Part shown: one piece after another, positions 44,579 through 57,260 of the stretch
Position numbering within the stretch: position 1 is the first letter of the stretch
Layout of the letters: each line of letters opens with the position of its first letter
Assembly (NCBI GenBank): GCA_951406725.2
Contig: OX597821.1
Coordinates: 38,068,001 to 38,132,000 of the forward strand
Reading direction: 5' to 3'
Length of the DNA stretch: 64,000 bases
DNA from: Octopus vulgaris
Taxonomy: Eukaryota
Program-made: the position numbers and the translations under genes
The notes under the pieces: model-generated
Databases searched by the model: none
Seen by the model: the letters and a program-made list of their open reading frames with translations, nothing else
What the model was told of the DNA's origin: nothing

Positions 44579-47198
44579 CATACATACATAAATACCTCCT
44601 GCATACTTACTATCAGCATACCCGCTTCGACATACCCCCTCCTCCTACCTGATTAGACTGAGACAGTATATTTCCGCTTCAATATTATTACAAATTCAGC
44701 CAACGAATACCGAACAATTTCCAATTTATTTCAGTTTATTTTTGTATATACTCTTTCTTCTTTCCTGTTTCCCCATTCTGCCTTGTACAAGGACCCAGTA
44801 TTCAAAACGTCATTTTATTTCTCTATCACTTTATTCCGACCGTTTTTATATATTGCTTTGTTAATTTCTCTGTTTTTGTTTCTTCTGTCTCATCCTTCTA
44901 ATAATTTCCTAGACATGTTACTCTTGAAATATTGTTACAAAATATAAATTTTGATTAACTTTTCCTTAAAAGAGAATTCCCTTCAATTGCTGTCCTTTTC
45001 TGGTTTCAGATGATCATACGAGGGTAAAGTTAAACATTGAAGATGATCCACATGACGATTATATTAATGCTAACTATATAGATGTAAGTACATTCCATTA
45101 AGCCTCCAAAATCTGTTACTTTTCAAACAATCTAATACTTCTAAGATGATTGGAAAATAGAGACAAAACTATCGCAGTAAATGTAATTTCAGCAATATAT
45201 ATATATATATATATTTACCACATCTATACATATGTACAGGCATGCATGTGTGTGAGTATGTATATCATTCAGTTTATTTCAAGATTTCTTGCCAATAGAG
45301 AAAGAATCGGTTTCTAACCTAGATCGATAGCTCAAGAATTTCAACATCAACAACAGGATATTTTTGTATGTATGTATGTATGTATGTATGTATGTATGTA
45401 TGTATGTATGTATGTATGTATGTATGTATGTATGTGCAGATTTGTATGTTTTAGTTATGTATTCTCATGCATATAGTTGCATATCTAGATATGCTCATAT
45501 GTTTTAAATGATAAACTTTTGGAAAGTTTTACAGATCTTTACAGTTCCAGTGATGGATTGGATCAGTAGTCTTCGAATTAGCCTTCTCCTTTCTAGTTTC
45601 GAGAAGAAACCTAATTTCTTATAAGGTATTAGGTATTTAAGCAGTGTGTTACATATCCTAGTGAACGAGTAAGCGTTGACAGATCTGGACACGATTGCAC
45701 TTGTGGACTTTGGTAAGCTTTCATGGCATTCCTCTTACACATGACTAAGTTGCAGAGAACATGCAACGAAATTGATGGTCACTCATTGATTTGCTGAACA
45801 GTCTCTCGAGCTTCATGAATCTTCACGTCAGTGGTGGAAGTTGATGGGCGTTCTGCTCCCTCTTCGTGCTTCACGCTTGTCTAGCCAGTTTTCAATTTGC
45901 CGATCCATTCCTACACATGTCTGCGTGGTAGAGCGCTATCCCTATATTTTATTGAAAGCCGGTAACAAATTTCAGCCCCTGTCATCGCTTCAGATCAAAG
46001 AAATCGGATCACTGTTCTCTGTTATTCTTTGGTGCGCATTGCCCTGTTCACTCTGTAACACAAGAAAGAAAACTGGAGCGATCACTTGGTTACGTAATCA
46101 CAAGGGGACCACCATTTATCCCGCGAGTGCTAAAGGCAGGTCGGTCAACATAAAGAAATGCGGATAATTTTTAGCTTCCTTTAGTATATATTTTGCGATT
46201 TCAACAGATAGTGGGAATAAAAATTTTATCTATTCCTTGCTTCACTTTGTGGGAGTATTTTTCATGTCTGTTAATTTTCAATATCATGCATTTTTGTTTT
46301 GATTTAGGCACATGTCTGCAATTTTGAGGGGTGGTGGTCGTTTAGTCGATAATATTAACTCCATTGCTTGAATGATTTTTTTTGTCGATATGAAAGGTTG
46401 AAAGGCAAAGTTGACCTCGGCGAGATATCAAACTCAGAATACAATGTGTTGAAGCAAATACCACTTGGCATTTTGTTCGACGCACTAACGATTCTGCCCT
46501 TACTGCATTTCTATACGGGAAAGCCTGGTTTCATTGTTGTCCAAAAGACAGCTCAAGAACCACACACATTTGATTGCAAATATTACTCGCAACGTATATT
46601 TAGTCTCAAACGACACTTTTTCTTGACAGTCGTTCAATCGTTCGTTATAAAAAAAAATATTGAACTATCAATATTTTAGATTTGGTCATTCGTTTCTGTT
46701 AGATTTATATATTTGGAAAATCATCGCAAATCCTTCTCAATGAATATAAAATACATTAGACCTGCCCGTTGTTTGTTAAGCGTTTTGCAATATAAATGAT
46801 GTAGGCTTTGCATTCCTACCATGGCCATATATCACAGCTTCCCCATAAACACGACATATTGTGGTTTGGAATAATATCAGCATTAAATTTCGAAATACAA
46901 TTAGCTTTCGACAACGTCGTAAAAGTTCTGATGTTCGTTTGTTTTGGTTCTTTATTCTAAAATTTATCATACCATTCTAAACAACGGGGCAATGTTTACT
47001 ACTTGGCTCGTTTTTATACTGGGAAATAATACGTATGGATGGATAGAACATCATCACACGCGTGAATATAAATGGATTTATTTACAATCACATTAAATAT
47101 AGACGCATGGAAATACGAAGGGAATCTCACCATATAGGAATATAGAAAAGCAAGCTAAACTATGCACACACACACACACACAAACACACACATGTATA

Positions 47199-47277
<79 letters not shown>

Positions 47278-47291
47278 TGTGTATATATTTG

Positions 47292-47328
<37 letters not shown>

Positions 47329-48012
47329 CATACATTTTATTCAGTTCTCTTTCCTATTGTTTGTAAAACCAAACGTGTGTGTGCGTGTTTATACAGAATG
47401 ATTCAAACTTTCATTTGTTATTAAAATACTGGCACACCCTAGCGATTACAACGAGCGTTCCAGTTGATCCGATCCCAATCAACGAAACAGCCTCCCTCGT
47501 GAAATTAGCGTGCAAATGGCTGAGCACTCCACAGACAAGCTTATCCTTAACGTAGTTCTCAAAGAGATTCAGCGTAACACATAATGTAACAAATCTGGCC
47601 CTTTGAAATACTGGTACTACTTATTTTTGCCAGCTGAGTGGACCGGAGTAACGTGTAATAAAGTAGCTTGTTCAAGAACACAAAGCACCGCAGGAAATCG
47701 AACTTGCAATCTTACGATCATAAGCTGAGTACCGTAACCAATAAGCCACGCGCCTTCACTACATATCAAAAGACAACGTTGTTTCATCTTTCCCTCACTT
47801 CGCCTCGTCCTCAGATTACTCACTTTCTCACCACACCAATCACTTGCTTTCCTTGGACATAATTTAATCCCAATATTAGCACCACAGCTGCGTGTTAACT
47901 GCCAGAGATCAAGAAATCGGGTTTGCCGGTCTTACTGCCACTTACCCGGATCACTCCCGCACAACTGAACAGAATTACCGTTATTCTGTACCAATTTTAG
48001 GATAGTGTATAA

Positions 48013-48085
<73 letters not shown>

Positions 48086-49335
48086 CATAAAATTATATAC
48101 ATACAGAATACATTCCAGAGATCAATATACACTCAGAAAACCTCAAATCCCACGCATATCAAGGAATATATTAATATTTTATATTGCCGACAATTTGATA
48201 AATTAAGTTTACTTCATCGAAATTCAATTCGTTGATTGTACTACTACTACTGCAAATAATAATAATAATAATAATAATAAAAATTATTATTATTATTATT
48301 ATTCATGATAAAAATAGTAATATTTTGTGCTAGGTTTCGTTTCCCAAATGCTGCAATAGATTTTTTTCCTGGGAAATATAGTGTTAAATTACATTGGAAT
48401 GACATATTGCAGGGAAAAAAATATAATAAAATATTTGTAAATTCCTGAAGTCTTGCGAGAAATACATTCAACAGAATAGCATTCAACAGCTTTAATATAA
48501 GTGATTTATTTTGAAATTAAGCTGATTCCTCTTGGCGTTATACTCTCCCTATCGGTCTCGTAAAAATACTGGATTTGCACGTGTTGATATATTTTAACTT
48601 ATAGATAAGTGTATTTGTTCACTATATACTCATATATATATATATATACGCACACACATGCATATGTGTATATATTTACTGAAACAAATTTCACATTTTC
48701 ACTCAGGTTACCAGAATGATTACTTGATACATGTCTTTCTTTTGTAAAATTGTTATAATTTTTGTTGAAAAAGGGAGAATAAGATTTTCTTGTGTGCAAA
48801 TATTCAATCATTTCCCGAGCAGCAAAAAACTCCAAACACCTGTAATACTGCTTTGTGATAGACAAATATTACTTCTACTTGCTGACTAAAAAAAACAAAA
48901 TGTGTGATATCTGTGAAGCTACATTTAAACTATTCCCCAGAATTTTTTATTCTCTTACAAAAGTGGCCTTACATTAACACCCTTCCAAATTTTTTAAAAA
49001 CATTCTATTGGTTTCGTAGCTTCTCCTTTCTAGATCATCATTCGACTATTGAGATGTTAAATTTGCTAGAACACGGGAAAGCACAGAGAAAATATACGAT
49101 TATATGTTTGTAACAAAATAGAATATATCCCTTTACAATTCACGTTAAGTATATAACACAGGGTAGAATTAATAGAGAATAGAAGGCAGCTTTGGATAGC
49201 TTGTTTTACGAGAATCGTTTCGGCTCTGTACGCTGCGGGTTAGAATCCAGCTGAAGTCAGTCTTGGCTTTCATTTTTTTTCCGTATCTATAAATAAAGTA
49301 GCAAACATGCGCCCCTGGCAATACCTTCTCTCCCC

Positions 49336-49369
<34 letters not shown>

Positions 49370-51696
49370 GTCTGTTGTCTCCAGAAGAAATCGGCTTCGA
49401 TGGGATGGGCTCTGCTGGGCCTAAAAGTGCCCAAGATATGCTGCATATCAAGGCCAGCACTCCTATAATGAGAAACCATGACATGGTATTAATAAATGAT
49501 ATCAAATATTCTTGTCGAGGCAAACGTTTATTTCGTGTAACATTTCGGTTTCCTGTAGATAAGAAATGATCTACAGATTCTCACCAACTGTCAACGACGA
49601 AAAAGAAACATTTTGGTATTCAGGAATAAGGAGCCACACATACATAGAAAATGTTAAACTGCAGGATTTAATTTGATTTAACTCTAAATATGAAAGAGCT
49701 TCCAAACAAATAGTTTTCCAGTTTTAGGTAATAAATTTACAACCAATCACTTGTTTGAATTTAGAAAACCAAATCGAATCAAATCGATTAAAACTGGTTT
49801 ATAAATTATATTAGTTGCAGCTTTAATACTATTAAAAATGAATAGTTCGATATGCTGTATTTCTATCATGAAATATCGAGAACATTCTTATGATTATTTA
49901 CGACTGGGATAAAAGAAATAAATTGTTTAATCAAAACAAACGTAAATTGTTATTGTTGTGTTATGTGAGTGTTACATCTACTTTCGTAGAATTTACGCCA
50001 AACAGAATTAGTTTGTCATATTCAAGATACTGAATTAACTTTCCATGTATTGAAGCATACCAACCAGTAACAGAATTATTTTGATAGGAAATTCTTTTAT
50101 AGTTATACATGACATCTGTAGAATATTGAATCCACAATTATTTTAAAAGAGACTAAAATAATTACTCATAATTAACGAGTGTACAAATCAAGAAATATTT
50201 GGGAAAGGAATGAAATATTTTAAAATACTGATTGCTTCATTCAAACACATTGAATATGTTTCCGAGCAAATAATATAGTGTATGTGTTTTTCTCTTAGTG
50301 TCTATCAACTAGACTTCTTCGAATTTGAACCTGACATTTTTAGCTTTGAAAGTCAGAACAGCAGGTGAATAATAGTACTGTATTTAGCAATGCTGATTAG
50401 AGATAATTGCCAGTAGCGATTAGTAGTACTAGATTTGGTAACATTGCTTTCAAATTTTGGCCAGCATATTCTGGTTGGGGAGAAAGTCGATCACATCAAC
50501 CCCAGTGTTTAGCTGGTACTTATTTTATAGACCTCGAAAGAAAGAAAGGCAAAGTCAACCTCGGCAGAATATGAAATCAGAACGTAAACACGGACGAAAT
50601 ACCGCTCGGCATTTTCCCGGCGTGCAAACGATTTTGTCAGCTCGACTCCTTACACTATATTTGGTAATATTGGATTCAAGTTTTGGCACAAGGCCAGCAG
50701 TTGGTGGGGGATCTAAGACGATTACTACAACCCCAGAACTCAACTGGTACTTATTCTATCGACCACGAAATAATGAAAAGCAAAGTCAACTCCGGTGCCA
50801 TTTGAACTCAGGATGTAAAGACAAACGAAATGCCGTTAAGCATTTTTGCCGGGGTGCTAACGATCCTGCCAGCTCTTCGTCATTACTATATTTAATAATA
50901 ATTGGTTTCAAATGTTAGCACAAGGTCAGCAATTTCAGGGGAAAGGTTAATCGATTACATCGACCCCCCCAGTACACAACTGGTACTTATTTTATCGACC
51001 TCGAAAGGATGAAAGGCAATCTGGGGAATCTAGATTCAAAACGGAAAGACGGATGAATTGCCGCTAAGCATTTCGTCCGGCTAGCGATTCCGTCGGACCG
51101 CCATCTTGCTATATTTAGTAATATTGACTAGAATTAATTAGGGCAATATATTTGAACTCCACTGACATTTTCCAACCAATTATCTTTGACGTCAATTTTT
51201 GATGGACGTTGACAAATAAAAAGTAAAGTTTAATTATTGAATCGAAAGATCTCATGGAACATTTTAAGGCCAGTTAGCCATCTTATAAAAACACTGAAGA
51301 CACAGCTACGTATATGTATGTGTCTCATTGCGACCGAAGGTTGTGTATCTTAAAACCCACGAGAAATAAAATAATTTTCATGTCACCACATTCTCCTTCA
51401 GAGATTATTCTTGTTGTAACCGAAAGTTAAGTCCTAAATTTATATGAAATTTTTCTGTTCAACGTTTATAAATTTCATAATTTCGTTACTTACATAAATA
51501 CACCGAACTGTACATTATGGATAAACAACTTTTTAGTTTTATTAATAAGCACATTTTCCCTCCTCATAATTTAACATTAATCATAACACGATTACAAATT
51601 TAAAAATATATATTTGAAGTTTTCTTTTAGCAATTGATTTGTATTTTTGTGTTTTTCAGGGTTATGAAAAAGAAAAGGCTTACATTGCAGCTCAAG
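30131..51696 (+). CDS. Receptor-type protein tyrosine phosphatase (PTPRK/M/T/alpha-like), partial multi-exon gene: juxtamembrane region plus N-terminal part of the D1 catalytic domain
   Basis: Four GT-AG exons (30131-30300, 41780-41867, 45010-45083, 51660-51696) join in frame with matching phases (0,1,0). Translation: ..[56 protein letters not shown]|[30 protein letters not shown]|[24 protein letters not shown]|[13 protein letters not shown]. This contains the classical PTP motifs KNRY, DxxRVxL, DYINANY and YIAxQG. Confidence 0.93.
30338..30710 (+). mobile_element. SINE family A, diverged copy
   Basis: Same head, body and tail order as 5706-6128. Confidence 0.8.
33325..33600 (-). mobile_element. 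RTE/BovB-like LINE 3' end
   Basis: ORF 33379-33561(-): [37 protein letters not shown] matches the RTE C-terminal CxxCxRxCxSRIGLxSH pattern. Flanked by (TA)n. Confidence 0.65.
34446..34527. repeat. (ATT)n microsatellite (others at 4167-4232, 29733-29799, 29978-30050, 34641-34710)
   Basis: Direct inspection. Confidence 0.95.
34528..34640 (-). mobile_element. Short ~110 bp insert between two (ATT)n arrays, probably another TAA-targeting retroelement 3' end
   Basis: Non-microsatellite sequence bounded on both sides by pure (ATT)n and adjacent to the R4/Dong-like ends. Confidence 0.45.
34711..35085 (-). mobile_element. Second R4/Dong-like 3' end (different family) ending in (TAA)n
   Basis: Minus strand: [49 protein letters not shown]...[17 protein letters not shown], then a short UTR and (TAA)n at 34641-34710. 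Confidence 0.8.
35086..36011 (-). mobile_element. R4/Dong-like non-LTR retrotransposon remnant (RT plus restriction-like endonuclease), internally deleted
   Basis: Minus-strand translation gives [37 protein letters not shown] and [19 protein letters not shown]. It then jumps to RLE motifs [25 protein letters not shown] and the C-terminus [16 protein letters not shown]. Confidence 0.85.
37780..37955 (-). mobile_element. Diverged SINE head (family C/D-like)
   Basis: Reverse complement has cactcacgatcacaagatt..tttcaatccctagaccgg..tgtattcttgagc, similar to the 63718 head. Confidence 0.5.
38031..38340 (+). mobile_element. tRNA-derived SINE family C (tRNA-Arg-like head)
   Basis: Head ggaggcgcaatggcccagtgcttagggcagcggactcgcgatcgtaggattgggtttcgattgcc. 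Tail gctaaaacaatgcaaagcg..acatctgatagcctgg is shared with 63718-64000. Confidence 0.75.
39093..39520 (+). mobile_element. SINE family A, young copy
   Basis: Highly similar to 5706-6128 along its length. Confidence 0.88.
39556..39812. repeat. (TA)n compound microsatellite
   Basis: Direct inspection. Confidence 0.95.
39815..40065 (+). mobile_element. Penelope-like element ORF remnant (RT thumb/linker region)
   Basis: Translation [44 protein letters not shown]...[14 protein letters not shown] matches the PLE pattern KP..YI..SNHP..I..RL..LS..F...RK..WFNPP. Starts directly at a (TA)n array. Confidence 0.7.
41780..41867 (+). CDS. RPTP exon (88 nt) with KNRY phosphotyrosine-recognition loop
   Basis: Acceptor atatttcAG, donor T|GTAAGT. 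Encodes [29 protein letters not shown](Y). Confidence 0.95.
43974..44505 (-). mobile_element. RTE-clade LINE 3' end encoding three C2H2 zinc fingers (degenerate)
   Basis: Minus strand: [15 protein letters not shown] (RTE C-terminal DRxxWR motif), then CSLC-x12-HQYGH and CNVC-x12-HLNIH, and after a frameshift CSIC-x12-HSSSH. Tail runs into (TATG)n. Confidence 0.72.
45010..45083 (+). CDS. RPTP exon (74 nt) with DHTRVKL and DYINANYID motifs
   Basis: Acceptor tctggtttcAG, donor GAT|GTAAGT. Phase 1 start completes the Tyr codon begun in the previous exon. Confidence 0.95.
45265..45660 (-). mobile_element. 3' end of an RLE-type LINE associated with (CATA)n
   Basis: ORF end [23 protein letters not shown] resembles an RLE-LINE C-terminus. 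The distal 3' UTR (ttcagtttatttcaagatttcttgccaatagagaaagaatcggtttctaacctagatc) recurs at 5545-5610. Confidence 0.5.
46300..46500 (-). mobile_element. SINE family B, diverged
   Basis: Contains gaaaggcaaagttgacctcggcga..actcagaa. Confidence 0.6.
47430..47760 (-). mobile_element. tRNA-derived SINE (family D)
   Basis: Reverse complement: gtgaaggcgcgtggcttattggttacgg..gttcgatttcc..tgtgttcttgaacaag..ccactcagctggcaaaaataagtag. Confidence 0.7.
50445..51110 (-). mobile_element. SINE family B, three head-to-tail copies
   Basis: Three units of about 225 bp, each with ctggtacttatt.tat..acc...gaaa.gcaa... Confidence 0.78.
51660..51696 (+). CDS. RPTP exon (37 nt) [12 protein letters not shown](G)
   Basis: Acceptor ttgtgtttttcAG, donor AAG|GTAGGT. 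Contains the YIAxQG motif, and the small exon size is typical of RPTP D1 genes. Confidence 0.93.
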
Positions 51697-52636
51697 GTAG
51701 GTTGACATTTCTGAAACAGTTTCTCGCATTTGAACATTAGTTTCATTAGCGACCATTGGTTGGTTTATTCCCATTAACATTATGTATGCGACCATTACAA
51801 ACGTTCTCTTTGGCCTGTGTTTTGGTTAAATGAGTTTACAACAGATTCTGGAGTTTCATTTTCTTATCCCGTTGACCTGGCTCTAACAGTTTTACTAACA
51901 CGAAAATAAGATACTAGATTAATTTTAGCTGAGAAGAAGATATTAAAAAAGAAAACGTGTGAATGGTTGTGTGATTAAATTAATAGAATACCATGGTACT
52001 AGGAGCCGGAAAGATTGCCAGTAAACCAGGATACAAAACAAGTATTTGATGGCAAGAGAACCAGAGTACAGAACGAATAACGGATTGTCAGAGAGGCACT
52101 ATAGTATCGTTACAATAATTCAGTTTATCAAAGTAGTCGGTCAGTACCAAAACACAAGGTGATATTTCCCGCTAGAACGGGCTTCACTACTAAGAGTGTT
52201 CAGTTAGGTTTCGAACTGATGAGTTTTTCGTTGTGTAGATCTAATTGTCTCGTGAGAGCAGCGCGAAAAAAGACAAACTAAATAGGCGCCCTGCAAAAAA
52301 TGTAGAAGAAAATACGACATTTTAGTCATTCTACCTGACACATGATCAAATGGGACATGGAAGTCGGGATATTGGGAAAAAGCAACTTTAAGCATATTCA
52401 ATTACTCTTTCAATCATACATGCTACAATGGGCTTATGTCCTTATACGCCACACTTATACCATTAGCTAAAAAAAGAAAATCATGCTCCGACCTGTTTCA
52501 ACGTGTGACTACATATATTGGAAATAAACCAAACATCATTGCGTCAGTAAAATTTGTTGAGTGGGTGAGAGGTATGGCACGAAATGATTTCAAATTCATA
52601 GGAAATAAGAATCATTTATATGTATGTGTCATGTGC

Positions 52637-52830
<194 letters not shown>

Positions 52831-55412
52831 TATAGGAATGTCATTCAGCTTTAAAGCGCGCGCATTTGTTGTATTTTACTCTCGTTATATTATCAATTAA
52901 CTTATAAGTTAGACAGTTTGTAAAAGTTCTTTCATAAAACAAAAATGACAAACGACATGAATGGAGCTTGTCATGGGGCAAACTCTATTCGTATCGTCAG
53001 TGGACGAGTTTACTGGAAAGAGCTAGTAAGCAGGAGTGAATGGGTTTACAGATTTAGGAAACCAGTAAAGAAAATCAGTCCTAGAATCAAGTTTGTAGAG
53101 AAAGCGGAAAGATCAGCTAAATTCCTAATTAGCAGAACGAACCATTTCGTGGGACCCTCGCTCGTGATAATAACAAATTCACCGATAAATTGTGAAATTA
53201 ACGACGTGTAGGCGACATTAGAGGCAAAGAGAGCAATGTAAGAACGTTGCAGTGAGATAAGCCACTGATGTCAATAAAGGAGTCAGTCTCCTTATCTCTA
53301 CCAACATGCCACAGATCAATATGTTGGGTCGTTAAACGACATCGAAATAAGAATCTGATCAACACGCACCGTCCGACTCTTAGAGACGTTACAGTGGCAA
53401 ATATTTGCGTTGAAACACGAACTCGTCCTCACCGACAAAAGAATGATTAAAAAAGTTAACAGGAACCTGACCACCATTGCACCTTGGTTAGAAATTACCT
53501 GTACACATTGGTCACTGCAATATTTCCCGCTTAAAAACCCACATCACCACCACCACCACCATCACTATAATCGTAACAAATTAACAATAATACAAGGATG
53601 ATAACAATACCACCAGGCACAAGTATCTGGCAATATACATTAATAATATCAAAACGGAATAATTTCTTGTAGTGACTAATTAGCAATACACACACACACG
53701 TATATATTGACGTGTCTCTATATTATATATATATATATATGTGTGTGTGTGAGTGAGTGTGAGTGTGTTTATGTTTGTGTCTGTTTAAAGGCATACACAC
53801 GCACACAGACACTCACACACTCTCACTTCCATTCAAAAATATATGTAAGCGTATACATATTTGTGACTGTGAATCTGTAACCGAGGCGTACCTGCGTGTG
53901 TGTGTATGCGTATGTATATACATATATGTGTGTGAGTGCATATATAAGCGTGTGGTCATTATGAATAGATAAGTATTTGTTTAGAGAATGTAGAACAAAC
54001 TGGATGAGAAAAACTGATGTCAAACCATTTAATGCAAAATGCCAACAGGCATGGCGGCATAACAAAGAAAGCGAAAAATCACTTGAAATATAACACCAAT
54101 AACAACAAAAATACGTTTACAAGCACGTGTGAGCATGTATATAGATGAATGTGTGTGTATATATATATATATATATGTGTGTGTATGTTTGTGAAGGCGT
54201 GCCCACCCACATAGATATATCTCCGTCATTTTGAAAAACCAATTATGACTTCCCTCAAACGCAGATTATAGATTATAAATACCGAAACACAAACTATAAT
54301 CTCTTTGATTTTGTGTCGTTAGTAAGACACACGAGGGTTGGTTCATATTGACACGGACTGAGTGCATTGCGAGTACGCCATCAGTAAGGTCACAGAGTGT
54401 GACGAACGGGTTTTGACAATTCAGTTAATTCATTCATTAGATATTAGTTAACTGAGAATAAAATGAGAAAGATCTGAAAACAGTGGCACAATGAGCCTCC
54501 AAGTGAAACGGCAAATATTGTAAGAATCGAACATGGATATTTTATGCATATGTGTGCGTGTGTTCATCTCCTGTTGAAGTAGACGAATCCATAACTTCTT
54601 AAAGAACTTAACAGATATACATAGAGACAATTGTTTTATTAATGAGATGTTTTAGGATGTAGAGAGGGATAGAGAGAAGAAGGAAAAGAGAGAGAGAGGG
54701 AGAAAGTGTGTGAGAGAAAGAGAGAGAGTGTGTATGTCTGAGAGAGAGAGAGAAAGAAAGACAGAGACAGACAGACAGGAGGAAAATTACAGGAGAATTA
54801 TATCACAAGTGCTTCTGTCTATAATTATTGTCACAAAGTGATGAACATGGCTCGTGAGGAAAATTTCCACGATTTTACTGAACGAAAAGCCCGCAGAATG
54901 ATCGTGTGCCACAGTTTATATTTTCCATTTATAATTATTTTCGTCATTACCGCTATCACAATTAATCATTAATTGTCAATATCGATTTTATTATTTTATT
55001 ATTTCTTTCACATGAAATTCATCAACAAATACAAACAATTGAAACTAAATTGATATTCATAGCGAACCTCTATAGATATATAAGTATAAACATCCCCTCC
55101 AATATTTCTTAGATTCCTTCCTGCCACTTAGCAGCAATTTACCAGTGAAATGTTTCACCCATTTGTGATGACATTTCTCTGAAACAATCCTCACATTTCT
55201 GAGTATGTAATGGCTGATACATTCACTATAAACTGTTTTCATTATTGTTTGCCTTTTTCTCTCATTATAATATAATTAATGTATTCGTATCACTGTGTCA
55301 TCCAGTCAGTATCTATGGTATTCAGTTTGATATACATATATATCCATATATTTGTGCGTGTGTGTGTATGTATATATGTGTATGCGTATATGTATGTATG
55401 TATGCGTGTATG

Positions 55413-55450
<38 letters not shown>

Positions 55451-55454
55451 AAAC

Positions 55455-55635
55455 CGTTAGCTCTTACACGCATTTTTTTCTCTCTTTGTTTCTCTCCTTG
55501 TTTCTTTTCTGTGTATCTTTCTGTCGAAGAGCGTAGGCTCGAAACGTAAAAGACTGAGCACCATACTAATACATTTGTTTGTTTGTACTCCGTCTGCCTT
55601 CGTCTTTTGTTTATTTTCGTAAACCTTCCCGTTTT
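55455..55635 (+). mobile_element. Short (TA)-flanked element with hammerhead-like motif, copy 2 (probable Penelope pLTR derivative)
   Basis: (TA)n on both sides. Contains TCTTT-CTGTCGA-A-GAGC-GTAG-GCTC-GAAACGTA-AAAGA. Confidence 0.65.
55516..55553 (+). ncRNA. Minimal type I hammerhead-ribozyme-like motif (non-canonical core)
   Basis: Stem I UCUUU/AAAGA, core CUGUCGA (consensus CUGANGA), stem II GAGC/GCUC, GAAA, palindromic ACGU stem III, GUA site. Confidence 0.5.
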
Positions 55636-56229
55636 ATATATATATATATATATATATATAACTGAAGCGTTCTTTTAGTATTACTTTGAAGAGATTTGCT
55701 TTGTAATACCGGAACAGGGCGAAAAGGTACAAAGTAAAGTACAAAAGGAAAGAAGAGAAAAACAAAAGAAGACTGCGAGTGTACCTTGTATTTCTATATT
55801 TCGGGCTATAACCATTTCTTCAGGACATTTAGAAAGCAAGGGTCTGAAAAGTCATTGCGCAGAAGTGTGGAGGATGACAAAGCAACTTCCGCTATACAAT
55901 ATGCGATTGGCAGAGAGGGACTCAACATGCGGATGGTGCACACATGAGCATCCCTGAGAAAACTGCTGTTGAGAGTTGGTAGAAGAATTGTGAAGAAATC
56001 TGAGGGAGTCAGGCCACTTTCCCCAGCTAAAAAGAACGAAATAAATTTGGTAAAGATATCTTCGGCAAGAAACACTGATGCAAATACATATATGCACCAC
56101 AGTAACTCACATCCACTTATATATATACGCATACACACACAAAGAGATATTGTGTCTCACATATACACGTGTTATATAATATTTAACACATTCATTCAAA
56201 AGGTTTTGTAGAAGGGAGCTAGAAGCTTA

Positions 56230-56777
56230 CATAGACCCCAGTGAGTAACTGGTACTTATTTTACCGACATCGAAATGATGAAAGGTAACGTCTACCATGG
56301 CGGAATTTGAACTCAGAGTGAACGAAATACCTATTTCTTTACTACCCACAAGGCGCTAAACACAGAGTGGACAAACAAGGACAGACAAACGGATTAAGTC
56401 GATTATATCGATCCCAGTGCGTAACTGGTACATAATTTATCGACCCCGAAAGAATCAAAGGCAAAGTCGACCTCGGCGGAATTAAAACTCAGAACGTAAT
56501 GACAGACGAAATACAGCTAAGCATTTCGCCCGGCGTGCTAACGTTTTTTATTTCTTTACTACCCACAAGGGGCTAAACACAGAGGGAACAAACAAGGACA
56601 GACAAACGGATTAAGTCGATTACATCGACCCCAGTGCGTAACTGGTACTTAATTTATCGACCCCGAAAGAATCAAAGGCAAAGTCGACCTCGGCGGAATT
56701 TGAACTCAGAACGTAATGACAGACGAAATACAGCTAAGCATTTCGCCTGGCGTGCTAATGTTTCTGCCAACTCGCCA
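56230..56777 (-). mobile_element. SINE family B: old partial copy plus two near-identical tandem copies of a long-tailed subfamily
   Basis: Units start tatttctttactacccacaagg at 56332 and 56549 (period 217). Confidence 0.85.
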
Positions 56778-57260
56778 ACGATGATAATGGACCCATCAAA
56801 AACAGTGACTGTCATGAGAGTAACTAACTGTAGAATGAATCACTGGATCTACACAAGATACAGGAATTTTATAGAGGAAATAAATATGGCAGACAAGGTA
56901 GGACGATAATTTAGGTTGTGGTAGATGACAATGGGTGGATGAAATGATACGGTGGCTCTCATAAGTGTTAGCAATTCTAGCGTATATATGGATGCGAGGA
57001 TATGTGTTTCAACGTGTATTCATTTAAGTTAGCACGTAAAAGAAAAAAAAATAGAATTTAAAAATGGGACTATATCACATTTTATTATAAAATGAAACGT
57101 AGTTCTTTCTCTATGACCTTACTGACCGATTTCGTGAAATATACAGTAAAAGTTTTCTTTTTTTTTAAACAAGAGCATATTCTAACTAGATTTCTTCAGT
57201 AATACACAAACCGACGTTTGTTAAAGTTTGGAATGTATGTATGTATGTACTGGTACATGT

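Noticed and set aside
50445-51110. CRISPR-like or regularly spaced array
   Set aside because: The units are ~225-bp diverged SINE copies, not short identical repeats with unique spacers, and the context is eukaryotic.
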